Positions 1 to 13,633 of a stretch of 64,000 bases of DNA are shown here, in pieces. The DNA is taken from NCBI GenBank assembly GCA_030390025.1, contig CM059438.1:68698001-68762000 (forward strand). The letters run 5' to 3'. How positions within the stretch are numbered: the stretch's first letter is position 1; each line of letters starts with the position of its first letter. The notes below the pieces were generated by a model. It worked only from the letters and a program-made list of their open reading frames with translations, was not told the DNA's origin and did no database searches. This DNA is from Squalus acanthias (taxonomy: Eukaryota). A program made the translations under genes and the position numbers.

Positions 1-2297
1 GAATGAAGCAGTGCTGGATGTAGTTTTGGGGAATGAAGTAGGCAAGTGGAGCATGTTTCAGTGGGAGAACATCTAGGTAATAGTAATCATAATATAATCA
101 GGTTTAAAGTTGTTATGGAAAGGGACAGAGAAAAATCAAAAGTAAAAATACACAACTGGAAGAGAGCCAATTTCAGCGATTTAAGGAGGGATCTAGTACA
201 GGTGGACTGGAAACAAAGATTGACCAGGAAGGCAGTAAATGAGCAATGGCAGTCCTTCAAGGCAGAGATAGTTCGGGTATAAACCAAGTATATTCCCATA
301 AGGAGGAAAAATGGTGCCTTCGAAGCTAGAGCTCCCTGGATGATAAAGGAAATAGAGGTTAAACTAAAACAGAAAAAGGAGGTTTATGACAAATTTCAGG
401 TACAGAATACAATTGAAAACCAGGCAGAATACAGAGAGTGCAGGGGGAAACTGAAAAAGGATATAAGAAGGGCAAAGAGAGAGTATGAGGAAAGATTGGT
501 GGGTAACTTAAAAGGGATCCCAAAAATCTTTTAGAAACATATAAAAATAAAAGGATAGTTAAAGGAATTGTGGGGCCGATTAGGGACAGAAAAGGAAATC
601 TTCTTGCAGAGGCAGAGGGCATGACTGAGGTACTGAGTGAGTACTTTGCATCGGTCTTCACAAAAGAAGAGGATGAAGTTAATGTTGCAGTAGAGGAGAG
701 GGAAGTAGAGATATTGGATAGGATAAAAATACATAGAAAAGAGGTGCTAAATAGGTTGTTATCGCTCAAAGTTAGCAAGTCACCCGGTCCAGATGGGATG
801 CCTCCTAGGTGACTGAGGGAAGCTAGGGTGGAGATAGCAGAATGACCACAATCTTTCAATCCTCCTTGGATGTGGGAATGGTGCTAGAGGACTGGAGGAT
901 TGCAAATGTTACACCCCTGTTCAAAAAATGGGAGAGGAATAAACCCGTCAACTACAGGACAATAATCTAATGTCACATCTGGGAAAACTTCTAGAGACTG
1001 TTGTTAAGGACAAAATTAATTCTCACATAGAGAAGTATGGGTTAATAAGAGACAGCCAGCATAGATTTATTAAAGCAAATCGTGTCTGACTAATCTAATT
1101 GAGTTTTTTAATGAAGTAACAGAGAGGGTTCATGAAGGTACTGCAATAGCTGTTATACATACGGGGGTAAAAATTGGGTAGCGCTACCTTCGCCGGGGTG
1201 CTAGTTTTAGTGCCCCGAAAATGTTAGTGCCCCCACAGCTGATTTTCCCAGGTAGCACCCCGAGAGGAAGGAGGGGCGCTACTGGAAGCGCCCGCGTCCC
1301 TCTTGGGGCGCTGCGAACCAATATCGCAGCGCTGGCACTGCGGCACGTCGCGCCGTGGTACTGCAAGCTTTCCTCCCCTTATTAAAGGGGAGGTGCCTGG
1401 CGCAGCGTGTCCCGGCGCCCAGCTGGGCCACCAGGGATCGGGAGTGCCGGCAAATAAGCCGGCACTCAAGAGGAGTGCCAGGCTCACAGAGTGCAGCCGG
1501 CATCCCGCGAGGGGGGCTTCACGGGTGCCGGGGACAGCAACGGGGGCAGGTGCTGGCAGGCGGCCAGCAACAAAAATGGCCGCCCGCCACCTCCCCTTTA
1601 ACTAGTGCCGCCCCGGCCGCAGGTAGGCCCCCCTGACCCCGGCAGACATAGCGTCTGGCGGTAAGTCGGGGGGTGCCACCCAATATTACAGCCGGGGCAT
1701 GAGCAGGGTGCTGCGCACGGCGATGATGTCATCGCCGGCGGCATAGCGCGGCGCTAATGGTTAGCGCCGCTGCTAACCTCCCGCTGAATTTCGCGGGAGG
1801 TGTTAGCGGCGTCGCACCCAGGCGCTTGTTGATTTGTGCCCCATTAGCGCCCTCTTAAGGTGCTAACGGGAGGTGCAAATCAACCGAATTTAGCCCCCAT
1901 GGACTTTCAAAAGTCATTTGATAAAGTACCACATAACAGACTTATTCGGAAAATAGAAGCACATGGTATTAAAGGGACAGTGGTAACTTGGGTAAATAAT
2001 TGGCTAAGGGATAGGAGGCAGAGAGTAGTCGTGAATCAGTGTTTTTCTGGCTGGAGAGAGTATGCAGTGTGGTCCCCCAGGAGTCGGTATTGGGCCCATT
2101 GCTTTTCATGTTACATATAAATGACTTGGACTTGGGTATAGGGAGTACAATTTCAAAGTTTGAGGATGATACAAAACTTGGCAATGTAATAAATAGCGAG
2201 CAGGATCGTAACAGACTTCAGGAGGAATTAGACAGACTGGGGAAATGGGTAGACTCACGGCAGATGCAATTTAATGCAGATAAGTGTGAAGTAATGA
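1..2297 (+). mobile_element. CR1 LINE ORF2 fragment (end of endonuclease to RT), decayed, split by a MITE at 1164-1898
   Basis: Translated motifs GEHLGNSNHN, EYFASVFT, KSPGPDGM, MDFQKSFDKVPH, VPQESVLGP, SKFEDDTKL; many stops and frameshifts. Confidence 0.95.
1164..1898. mobile_element. GC-rich PIF/Harbinger-type MITE, family H1
   Basis: Ends GGGGTAAAAATTGG and CCGAATTTAGCCCCC; splits CR1 codons V-I-(Y)-M/M-D-F-Q-K; probable TSD ACG/ATG; homologous copies at 19573-20262 and 48649-49449. Confidence 0.85.
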
Positions 2298-4459
2298 ACT
2301 GATAGATTCCTGTCAGACAGGTGTTGGAGAAGGCAGAAACTTGTAGTTGTATCATCTGTGGACATCAGTCCTGATGCATTATCAGCCACCGAGGGTCCAT
2401 CCCTTCAGTTGAACCTGATTTTAACTCCGAAGCTACCAGAACGAAAAGAAGGAAGCCTATAATACAATACCTCAGATAAACCTGCTTCATTTTTGTTACA
2501 CACTTGAATTGCAACATTGGTAATCATCTAATCGGAAGGTTAATATGAAGTTGAGCCCTGTTACCTGTGCTCCATGATAGGATTACTACATTGAAATTAT
2601 CCTCCGATAGTTATAAAGCTAGAATATCCTTGACGAACCCTCAACCTTAAGGGAGAAATAGCTCTTTGCCCCACTCGGCTGGTCTGGAATCAAGCTATGA
2701 AATGACAGTCTCCATCAAAATGTCAATCCGCAACAGTTGAGGTGAAACATTAAGTGGGTGAGACCGCACTCTCTCTCTCCGCTTCCCATTTGTCCTTTGT
2801 TTTGACTTTTTCACTGTCCTCATTACTGTTGTGTGATTGATATTCATATCATCCTGCATACACTTTAATATGCATAAAGGCACAGTTTAATTTTTAATGT
2901 TTTCCTAGACTGAAAGAATTAATTGGAAAATTAAATTGTTTCCTTCCGAATACTAATTGCTCGACTGAAGAGCAGTGCTGAGATTGCATCTGGGTTTAGT
3001 TGATCCCTGTTCACCTTGACTTCTTCAACACCAAAATAAAAGCCCACCGAAGACCACAATCTTCTTGAGATTAGCTTTTCTGTTTACAAAAGGAGTCACT
3101 GCAATTTTGCTTCTTATGTATGAAGTGAAAAGCTGCTTGACCGATCAACGGCTTAGTCTGACAACACGGATCAAGATAATGAAATGCTACTCTTAGTCAG
3201 CAGCTTAATACGAGTCTGAACCCTGAACCCTGCAAGCAGAGCGTAGAATACTGGGAAGGTTTGAAATATCGCAGTGTATCACAGTGAGTGTACGGCGAAT
3301 GACCAGGTGCTCAGCTTGGCAGGGCAGAAAAGGGACTGCTGAGGTCAGAAGCTCAGGAAAAAATTAGCCTCTGTGGACATAGCGCTTGAAACTCACAGGG
3401 ACAGCTAGTGAATAAACTGCTGATGGGAAAAATATAAGGAAAATGACCAAGGGAAAGACAGGGAAATGCATCTCTTGATGGCACCAGGGAATATCTTGAA
3501 GTCAAGAAACTCAACCAGATTTTACAACCGGCTTGGATCAAAGGATGTCCACTGCGAAACTGCCAACCTCCAGATCAGCAATGACGCCGAAGAGGAAATA
3601 TTAACAAAGTCCTCGACCATCAAGTTTAGGAGTATTTAAGCCCAGTCACTTCTTTAGTTTGACATTGTATGGAGTATAACTCCAGTCCTGTGTTAAACTT
3701 GGTTTATAAATTTACATCGAGTTGTCTTAAATGTTTGGAAAGTGTGGATGCTCTGGCCTGCACTCTCATAGCACTTAACTGCTGGAAGCTAAGCTCTGCA
3801 CAAGCATATAAGTACACTGGAGCAAATCTCTCTCTTGGAACTAAGAATTGGATCTGCACCCAGGCAAAATAAACAAAGTACTGTCAGGCTGAAATCAATC
3901 CTTGGACTGGTAGTTACAAAGTAAACCACTCCCAGATGGTAGATTTGTGTATATCTTGGGGGTGGGGGGGCACCCAGGATGGGTATTTAATATTTGTATG
4001 AATATGCATCGGAGACAGAGAGCAAAAGTTAGATAAATGAATTAGGTTTCCATAGATTATTGGCAGGTCAATCAGATGGATATCTTGAACAGTTGACCTC
4101 CAATGCTAAATCAATTGGGCACTGCAATTAGCATTCACCACATCAGTATGTTTAATGTCTACAGATGTTTATGACTTTTTCTCCATGCAGCTCCTTGATT
4201 TTTATCACTCTTTTCTGTATTTGATCACTGGCATCAATGTTACTCAATCAGTCAAGCTCGTAAACCACAATTTGCTGAATAACTTTTAATACCTTTTCTG
4301 ACGTGCGAGTCAGTTCTTGACAACTTGCACTGAGGCAAGGATAGAAGCTGGGAGATAGACCGATGTCGAGACACTTACACACTCAAAAATTACGACCAGG
4401 CAGCTGATGGCAAATACGTGGTTCTCTTGGTGTCAGCAGCAGTTAGCAATATGTAATAA

Positions 4460-5115
4460 CTGACTTACAGGTAGTTAACAGGCAGATAAGAGGATTATCC
4501 CCATTTTGCCCACACAAGTGCAGGCTTCCCGAAGGCTCCGAACCCCGCCAGGGTCACCGAGGCGAGCAGTGGGTCTGCGGGGTTCGGAGGTGTGCAAATG
4601 TGTGCTGTGGAGGGGAGTGATGGAAGCAAGTGTGGAGAGGTGAGTATGTGAGGTGAGTGGAAAGTGTTAGTAAAAGTTTACTTACCTTTCTTTCTTCCTG
4701 CAGGCTTCAATCGTTGGGGATGCGGAGAGTCTCGCACCTCCGCGGCAGAGATGACAGATGGTTGCAGCATTCTCCAATGCAGCAACCATCTAATTTCTGC
4801 TAAATAAAGAGGTTTGATGAGTCTTGAATTCAAGAACTCATCAAACTACAGAGAATGTCAGTGTTTGACAGCTTCACAGAGCTGCCAAACGATGACAATT
4901 CATCTGTCAAAAATTTTTGACAGATGAAACATCATATGTTGACGTTCTCTGTAACCGGCTTTCCCTTAATTGGCCTGCTAAGCCTGCTGGGCGGGCTTAA
5001 CAAGGTAAATCAAGGGAAAATAGCGTGGGTTGGCCAGAAGTTGATGGAGGCAGGACTTATTCCCGACAACTGGGAGTCCCGCCTCCAAAAGCTCCCCATT
5101 GGCAAAATCCAGCCC
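4460..5115. mobile_element. Harbinger-type non-autonomous element, family H2 (left end truncated or unclear)
   Basis: Right TIR AAAATCCAGCCC; reverse-complement homology to 16291-17135. Confidence 0.75.
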
Positions 5116-5549
5116 ACTATGTTCGAGTGGCAGTGAACAAATAAAACCGTGTGATAAAGCTTTTCCATTCAACCTATGTAGACTTGACTTCATTTGGTAT
5201 GGGTTTTATGAGCTGCCGCTGGCTCCACTTCTGCCTGGCACTGGATCATGGCGCTCTTTTCTTCCATGTGTTTCTTTGATTTTAAAACTTACACTTGCTT
5301 CTTCATCCTGTAGTCGATAGTCCATATCGTGAAGTTGTCCATGGCCAAACCCAGTGTTGTCATTAGTTGACAGGATCTGTAGCTCTTACACCACAAAATG
5401 TGTAATAACAACACTTTTCCTCCCATCCCCAGCAAAGAAAAAAGTTACTTTCAGAACTAGCTCCTTATTACCCCCAAACTGTTGAAACTCATTAGATTGG
5501 CATATTTGGCGATGGTGTCAGTTGAATCCATGACCTAGGAACAATGCAA

Positions 5550-6568
5550 AGGTGAAAGGGTGAAAACAGGCGCTAAATGGGTGGTGTGCTAATGAGACAC
5601 GCCTGTTTGAAAGTTCGGATTTAGCATGGAATTCTGTTCCTAATTGCTGATTACCATAATTTGAATTTGCCTGGAGGTGCTAAAGCAGGCACCGGCAGGT
5701 TTAGCACTCAAGTGCTGATTAGACGCAATTTTCGTGGTGCAGTATATGTGGGCTTCTCTCACCCACTTCCACTGAGGGCATGGAGGGCGCTGGCTGGCAC
5801 ACAGCGGCACATTTCAGGATGTCTCTGGGACCGAGGGAGAGGGTGCACAGATTCTCGAACGCGGCACTGGAGGTCCTGGTGGAGGAGGGATGTCCTGTAC
5901 CCACAGGGGGGAAGGAGACCACCCCACCCTCCTATTCCTCCTCTCCCTCTCTCCTGCAGCAGCTGGTGCTGCTCTGCTCCAGTTCTCATCTCCTCCTCCC
6001 ATTCCTCGTGCAGATCAAGGGGACCCCTAGCAAGATGCCCATGACCAAGCACTCGCTTTCTCCTCTTGACTCCTATAAGGTAGAGTAGCACATCACCTAC
6101 TCTTTTTAGCTGAAGTGCGCAGTGATTTTCCAGAATAAATGTTGATAGATTGTTGTGAAGTCTTGACAAAGTGTCTCAGAAAGTCTCCCGATGTGTTTCA
6201 AAAGTCCTCTTCAAACTTCCAGCAGCAAGTGAACATTAAAGGTTGATATACCTTTAAGTATTGCTCAAAATCCTCTGCAATGACTTGTTTACGCCCAATC
6301 AGCTGGTCGCTGTTAGGAGAGGATATTAGGTTAAGTGCTAGTCACCAAAATGCTGTGCAGCCTCCTCATTGAGCGTTAGCAGGCAATCTAAGTGGCAATC
6401 AACTGTTTAATGATCCTCTGGACGGCCGTTCCTAGCGCAAGCTTCAGCTCCTTTACCAAGGTGTCGTCGTGCGCTAAACATGGGCTAAACCGGCGTTTCA
6501 ACTTAAGATCCCATCTTGGCCAACTCGGAGGCTCTTTAGCGCCTAAAGTATCTGGGGAAAATCGCCCC
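5550..6568. mobile_element. Harbinger deletion derivative with Myb/SANT-like relic (+) and probable transposase N-terminus relic (-)
   Basis: Right TIR GAAAATCGCCCC; + strand RERVHRFSNAALEVLVEE and RRDVLYPQGGRRP at ~5834-5925; - strand MGILLGVPL..HEEWEEE at ~5945-6042; left boundary approximate. Confidence 0.65.
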
Positions 6569-6607
6569 TTTTTTTATTATGATGTTTCTAATCACCTTGG
6601 AAACATC

Positions 6608-7483
6608 GGCCGCAATTTTATTAATGGAGGCGGGTTGAGTGCAGGTCAGCTGGTTTCCGGCTTCCAGTCCCGCCCCCAGCTGCTTCTGCTCCACAGACAT
6701 GAATTTGCCTTGATTGACCTTGTTAAGTCCGCCCTGCGGGCTTGCCGGCCAATTAACAGGAAGCGGGTCAGATGATGTCATTTAATGATGTGTCATCTGC
6801 CGGTTTCCTTAAAGGGACCACGCACAATTTTATTTTGACAGTTGATTTCTCAGTGTTTGACAGCATTGAGGTGCTGAAAACACTAACAATCACTGCACAA
6901 AGGTGACCTCTTGCACCCAGGCTCTCCAGTGACTCCCTCCATAGGCTGGAATAGATGGCAGCTGCAGGTGAGGTGACAGAAGCGATCTGTCCCTGGTGAG
7001 AGAGGTTCTCCCAATGAGGTGGCACTGGACATGGATTTAAAAACTTGTAAGCTAAAGAAATCGGTAAATGTATTAAAAATGCAATACCCAACATTTTCTT
7101 TCCTCTGAGACTCACCAGTGCAACATTGGATCCTTCACACCACTTCTTCAGCTGTCATCAATCCAGAAACATTACAGCAGACTCACAACATGCCACACTT
7201 ACCTGGCGTGGTGTCCGGACGTCGGGAAACCCGAGCCAGAAGTGGCAAAATCCAAAAATAGGCTGACAACTACTGACAAGTACCTGTTAATAGGCAGGTA
7301 ATTGCCTTCAATCCGCTTCCCGCCGCTAGGTGCCGGGTCCATTCGCAAATCGGGGACCCGACACTTGGGAAAGCTGTTTGGAGGCAGGTTGACAGCGGGA
7401 TCGGAACCCGCCGTCAATCAAATCGAATTTAACCTCTGACCCGCCTCCAAACCCGCCCTCTGAGAGCTGGCAAAATCGCGGCC
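6608..7483. mobile_element. Harbinger deletion derivative, family H3 (shorter relative of 12408-14138)
   Basis: TIRs GGCCGCAATTTT and AAAATCGCGGCC, flanks ATC/ATA; colinear with 12408-12735, then jumps to the equivalent of ~13640. Confidence 0.85.
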
Positions 7484-7989
7484 ATAGGTTCTGTCGAGGG
7501 CTGAAAGAGACCACTGTGTCTGTCCAGTCACAAAGTTCAATAAATATCACCGACCACTTTGCTTCTCATATCCTTCAATTGCATCTTCTGCAATTTCCAC
7601 TTCTTTCTTGAATTTCGCGATATTGTTGGACTCCACTGTGTCTCTGGGCAGTCTGTTCCACAAATTCACCATGCTCTGTGTAAAGTGGCTAAAAACTAAC
7701 TTGTTTGTTCACCTTCCCTCTTCTGAGCTTCAGCCTGTGCCTCTTTAATTGCATATCTCGTCAATTTGTGGATCATCTCTCCGCACTAACTTGAAAAATG
7801 TTCTGCTTACTTTTCCATAAAAGTATTGACAAGTGTAAATACATTTCTCATATTTTGGTTTCCTCTTGGATCCACTGGTATTAGCAAACCCTACCGGGTC
7901 ATTCAGTATTCTTATTCTGATTAAGTAAAGAAATATCAAGAATCTAAACAGAAAATACATTGTCCCTCAGTGATCTGCCTGAAGATCAT

Positions 7990-8170
7990 TACAATTCTTT
8001 CGCTACATCAATAACCTCCCCAAGGTGTACTCATACTCTGCATTTCAGAGCCTCTTTACATGTTGATGACACAGCGCTAATGTACACTCACAAATCTGCT
8101 CCAAAAAAGTATTGAGGAGATGGCAAATGTTTCTCAGTGGCTAAATAACAGGCAGCTCAGCCTAATCGTA
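7990..8170 (+). mobile_element. Ancient LINE RT fragment (L2/CR1 group)
   Basis: Degenerate YINNLP and HVDDTAL motifs resembling YINDLP and FADDT. Confidence 0.45.
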
Positions 8171-9057
8171 AAAGTTTACAAAGCCAAATAAAAATGTTTG
8201 TTTGATTGTATATCGCAAATGGCCTCTCTGCAAATAACCTTCATTCTACAATCAGTTCACGAATTTGCCAAAGTCCTTTTCAAAACGATTGTAAATCACA
8301 ATTAATGGGTTTAGAATGATGTATTATCCTGTGGAAGGCCTCCATGTATCAGATCATGGAGAAATATTTCCTCTGTGTATCACATTTTAGAAAGTCATGA
8401 ACCCATTTATAAAAAAATAGCTTTGCACGTGTGTGCACTGAAGAAAACTCCCCTGCTGCCCGCTCGCCCGCCCCATGAGTGTAACAATTCAGAGAACAAC
8501 GTGAGGAATATAAAAGTTAAATCCATGATTGCTTACTGCTTGACATCCTGGCAATGATGCGTGGAAATGAGTACAAGACAGAATCATACTACGAGGTGGC
8601 TTCAATGTAAAACTTCGATTAATGGAGAGAATGGTTTGCAGTCAACTGAAAGCAAACTCCTACAGGTAGGATACAAAACCACTGTTCAGCTGGTAGCCCA
8701 AACTAATTTGAAGTTCACGATCTGTTGGTGCCTCAGTCCCAATGTTCGAGAATAACAAAGAATCCAATCAGTTCACATAACAGGCAGGTTTCCTTCCAAT
8801 CTGACCTGGCTAAGCTATATTTTAACAATTGCTTGTTGTATATTAACTATTTACTGCTGGGTGTGCAGCCTGAACTCCAGTTGACCTTAGCTACTTCACA
8901 ACAACAATAATAACTTGCATTTATATAGTGTACACTAATGAAGATAGAATTCCTAAACTTGGGTCTCACCTTTCTGAAAAATAAAGTTTTTCGCCCTTGT
9001 ACGATGAATGTTTTTCTAAGTGAGTAAACTTTATTTGCTTCTCAACCACCTGTGAAT

Positions 9058-9361
9058 GTTTTTTTAATTCATTCATGGGATATGGGCGGCACTGGCAAGG
9101 CCAGCATTTATTGCCCATCCCTAATTGCCATTGAAAAGGTGGTGGTGTGCCACCTTCTTGATTCCGCTGCAGTCCGTGTGGTGACGTTACTCCCACAGTG
9201 CTGTTAGGGAGGGAGTTGCAGGATCTTGACCCAGCGACGATGAAGGAATGGCGATATACTTCAAAGTCAGGATGGTGTGTGACTTGGAGGGGGAACTTGT
9301 AGGTGGTGATGTTCCCATGCATTTGCTGCCCTTGTCCTTCTAGGTGGTAGACGTCGCGGGG
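9058..9361 (-). mobile_element. 3' end of a CR1-group LINE family (same family as 40561-43054 and 55380-56193)
   Basis: Shares LPPRRTRAA coding end and GCCCACATCCCATGAATGAAT-A-rich tail. Confidence 0.85.
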
Positions 9362-9879
9362 TTGCGATGTTAATGTTGGATGAATATTTTGAAAATGTTA
9401 ATTGCAGTATTTTATCTCCAATCCGAATGATCATCTTAACGATCGCAACAAGATTACATGAACTGTTTTTTGATTGTGGTAAGTTAAACACTTTTTAAAA
9501 TTAGTTCCCCATGTTGATTTATTCCTTGGGAGTGTTAACTAAGATTTACTTCCTATAATCCTGGTACAGCTATCGAACTTTAATGTTCGTAGTGACTTTG
9601 GCATTGGGTTTTGCTTCTTGGCTTGTGATATAGAACACTGAAGGTTTTTAATCAGCTGGCCCTGACATCGGCAGTTGTGTTTTTCCTCAACTTTTCATTA
9701 CATTTCTGAATCATTCTTTTTCTCTCTCATTCTGTCTCATTGACAACAATGCCTAAAGGTATAGTTCCCTGTGTTATATAATGCAGAAATATAACTTAAA
9801 TCTCTGCAAAACCTTAAACCGGTCAAGAAATGCTGTGGAAATTAGATCAATGACGGAAACTGCGAAAATGTAAAAACTG

Positions 9880-10020
9880 AGATTGATATATTCTTGTTAG
9901 GTGAGGGCATTAAGGCTTAAGGAACCAAAACGGGTAGATGGAGTGAAGTTACACATCAGCCATGGTCTAATTGAACAGTGGAAGAGCCTCGAGGGGCTGA
10001 ATTACTTACTCCTGTTCCGA
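9880..10020 (+). mobile_element. Decayed CR1 3' end
   Basis: AAAACTGAGATTGAT...TCGAGGGGCTGAAT...ACTCCTGTTCC resembles the CR1 3' UTRs elsewhere in the window. Confidence 0.65.
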
Positions 10021-10593
10021 TGCAGGCCCATTCTTAAGCCTGAAAAGTTTCATGGCTTCTTCAAATGCCTATAACTGAAAAGTTCTATTTATGAGAAACT
10101 TTAATCAGCTGAAGTTCAGAACTGCAGGGGGTGCACCCAAAATCTACGTTGGGTCTGTTTTTGAAGTAAGTTAGAGATATTGTTGAAGAAATCTAAGTTT
10201 CTAATCCATTTCCTTTCTCGGGACAAATAGCAGGGTAGTGGTGCCGATGGGGAAGGTTTACCCGTGGCATTTGTTGAGTCAGAAAATTGATGATGGTTGA
10301 ATTTTTTATTCCTTGTTTTTCAATGAGAGTTAATTTTCCTTTTAAACAGAGCATTATTCAGAGGTCAAATTCCAAAGGTTTATGGTCGAAACCTTTTGTT
10401 GACCATAAATAAGGACCATTTGGAAATGGGCACAAAAAGATCATGGTTTCAATTCTTAACTACTGATGCTGGAATGCACCTCCTAACAGATAAAATATCT
10501 CGTCTGTTTGTATGTTTGAGGACTCAGTCTGATTGATCTAAGTTTATAGTCTAAGTGCACAACATTGTTCAACCTGGAACATAGTGAGGAATT

Positions 10594-10737
10594 GGAGATA
10601 TACTTGTAAAGGAAAAATTTGCAGGGCTATGGGGAAAGAGCAAGGGAGTGGGACTAAATAATAGCTCTTTCAAAGAGCCGGCACAGACACGATGGGCCGA
10701 ATGGCCTCCTTCTGTGCTCTATGATTCTATGATTCTG
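10594..10737 (+). mobile_element. CR1 3' end
   Basis: CAGGGCTATGGGGAAAGAGC...ATGGGCCGAATGGCCTCCTTCTGTGCT followed by (ATTCTATG)n tail. Confidence 0.85.
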
Positions 10738-12699
10738 TATCACACAAAACTCTGTTCTGAAATAATCAACCAGGCCAGAGCCTGGCAAAAAAGCAAACAT
10801 AAAGTGATGCTGTTGTTATCGCAAGCAATTTTTTAAGGTCTCATTTTCATCTCTGGAGCAGAAACAAAGCCAACTCTTGTTACCTATTATGTAATTTGGG
10901 ATGTGGGGAAAACTTAGCATGCTTCAGTTTGCAATTGCCAGTATGACTCCATTCAAACCTTTAAGGGCTCGGAGTTTATTATGTACTATTGAAAATAGGT
11001 TGACCGTACTGTTGTTTACTCCACAAAACCAAGGGTAGTCTAAACACTCAAACATGTTTACTACAAGATTTCTACAGCGTCAGGCCAAAAGAAAAGATGA
11101 ATACAAAATGTATCTCTTCTATCTTGATCACTCAACGGAACCAATGTATTCAATTAGTTGGAAAAGCAGGAAACCGGCCATATTCCCTAATCATACATTC
11201 CACATTCACAGTCATTTTGTAAATGTCGGTCATTCCCTCAAAGGTTTGCCCCTGGCATTTTTGTGAGCGTAGATCGGACAGCTGTAGGGTTCTGCTCCTG
11301 TTGTCAATCAGTGGCTTTGAGATTCTTTGTGAAATTCAGTGAAGAAGTGGGAGATGTTACAGATCCCAGCATCAAAACATTGTGGAGGCAGTAGGAGAGT
11401 TTTATTTAAGTCTTAAAATAGTTACATGACTGTAAAAATATATATAAATATATCTCTCTGGAAAAACGCATGAAAATAAGGTCTTGGGGATGAGTGTTTG
11501 AATTAAAGATGGAAGTTTATAATCTGAATCCCTTTCAAAATTCAAGTTGATACAAAGAAAGATTTTAAAAATCGTTGCTTTATTTCTTCTGACAATCTGT
11601 GGGGTGGCTTTCTTCTTTTGGATTGTTGCTCTGCATTGATATTTGTTTTAAAAAGATACCAGATCTCACAAGGCACGGTTAAGGGTTAAGGGAGCACAGA
11701 ACGTACAATTTACCTTGTTTTTTATGCTTGTGGAGATTAGTTAACACTTCCTCAGGACTTCCAGACATGAGTCAGGCACACTTTCATGGGCAAGTACCCC
11801 ATACCATAGAATCATAGAATAGTACAGCACAGAAGGAGGCCATTTGGCTCATCGAGTCTGCACTGACTTTTGAAGAGCAATCCAGTTAGTCCCACTCTCC
11901 CGCTCTTTCCCCCTATCCCTCCAATTTATTCTCCTTCAAGTATTTATCCAATTCTCTTTTGAAGGTTACTACTGATTCTGTATCCACCACCCTATTAGGC
12001 AGTGTATTCCAAATCCTAACCACTCGTTGCGTAAATAAGTTTTTCCTCATGTTGTCTCTGGTTCTTTTGCCAATCAACTTAAATCTGTGCTCTCTGGTTA
12101 TTGATCCTTCAGCCATTGGAAACAGTTTCTCTTTATTTACTCCAGATCAACACACATGATTTTAAACACCTCTATCAAATCTCCTCTTAGCCTTCTCTGC
12201 TCTCAGGAGAACAACCTCAGCTTCTCCAGTCCATCCATATAAGTATAATCTCTCATCCCTGGAACCATTCCAGTAAAAGTCTTCTGTACCCATTCCAAAG
12301 CCATCACGTCCTTCCTAAAGTACCCAGAATTAGACACAATAATTCAACTGGGGCCGATCTAGTGTTTTATATAGGTTTAGCATAATTTCCTGGCTTTTGT
12401 AATCTATGGCCGCGATTTCGCCTACTGAGGCGGGTCCGGTGCGACCAGTGTCCGACCCCGCTGCTGGCTCCATCCCGCTCTGTGAAAAGATTTTACGTTG
12501 ATTGGGCTTGTTAAGCCCGCCCTGCATGTTTCCCGGCCAATTGAAGGAAGCGGGTCTGATGACGTCATTTGATGACGCGTCATCAGTCGGTTTCCTTAAA
12601 GGGACCATGCGCAAATTTATTTTGACAGTTCTGCTGTCAGTGTTCTATAGCATTGAGGTGCGGCAAACACTGACAAGCACTGCACAGAGGTGCACGGCT

Positions 12700-12912
12700 G
12701 CACCCAGACTCTCCCATGACTCCCTCCATATGCTTATGGAGGGAGTCACAGCACGCAGGGAGGTTCTCTTCCCTTCCCATGGGCGGAAGAGACCTCCCCA
12801 GGAGATCAATGCAGCCTGGTTGCACATTGCACGCGAGGACACAAGCAGGGATGTCATTAGGAGGACCAGGCTGCAGTGGCACAAACCTTTCGATGATCTC
12901 AGTAGATCACGA
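12700..12912 (+). pseudogene. Myb/SANT-like DNA-binding domain relic (Harbinger accessory protein)
   Basis: APRLSHDSLHMLMEGVTARREVLF...AAWLHIA...RRTRLQWHKPFDDL fits the Myb/SANT-like pattern R-F-S-x-x-x-L-x-x-L...W-x-x-I-A...R-T-x-x-Q-x-x-K-x-F-x-D-L. Confidence 0.7.
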
Positions 12913-13420
12913 AACGTTAGTACAAAGCCACACTCAACCTCATCCTGCTGTGCCACTCATCACATTCCCATCACTCTGCCTTCCCTACCCTACTCCTGCA
13001 CATCTTTGCTCACACCAACTTACCTTGCACCTCCACCCATTCCTCTCTATCTACATTATCACTTCCCCATCTCACTAGCCACCCCTCACACTCACCCTCA
13101 TCCTAGTCCAATCATACCTACTAACGACACACAAGGGAAGGCACTTGGGTGTTTTAGCCAATGTTCATGTGAAGTTTCTGTTAATGTGCTGTCAAACATT
13201 GAAATCTTTATTTTCAACACATTGCGTTCTTGGACAGATTTGTGTGCACCATTGGAAGTGGCTTAGTGAGTAGCAGTGAATGGTGAGACATAACAGTAAC
13301 CCCCACAATGGTGATGAGTGTGAAAGGAATGGCTTGGGCATTGTAGGGATGCTTTATGGTGTTAGTGTGGGGTGGTGCCAACCTGGCACATCTTGTGGCA
13401 GCCAGGGTGTACAGCGTCAA

Positions 13421-13633
13421 GTGAAGTAAATCTGGCCATGGTGAGGCCATCCCTTGCGTCCTGGGCAGCAATGTGGTCGGGTGCTGTTGCACTCTGTCCT
13501 GTGCAGCATCACTTGATTGCGGAGAAGGTTGATGTTGTTGTTGGTGCTGCTGGTGTGCCTGGTGATGCTGGTGTTGGGGCTGATCGTGGTGGGATTCTGA
13601 GGACCAAGTTGAGAGAGTGTAAACCGTACCCAT
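13421..13633 (-). pseudogene. Probable Harbinger transposase relic: N-terminus fused to C-terminus, DDE core deleted
   Basis: MGTVY..Q/H-rich start, then in another frame HIAAQDARDGLTMARFT, resembling HARBI1-like C-termini; convergent to the Myb relic. Confidence 0.4.

Noticed and set aside
1164..1898. CpG-island or promoter-like GC-rich patches with many overlapping short ORFs (also near 19.6, 33, 39 and 49 kb)
   Set aside because: They are bounded by TIRs and TSDs and recur as homologous copies; the ORFs are a by-product of high GC
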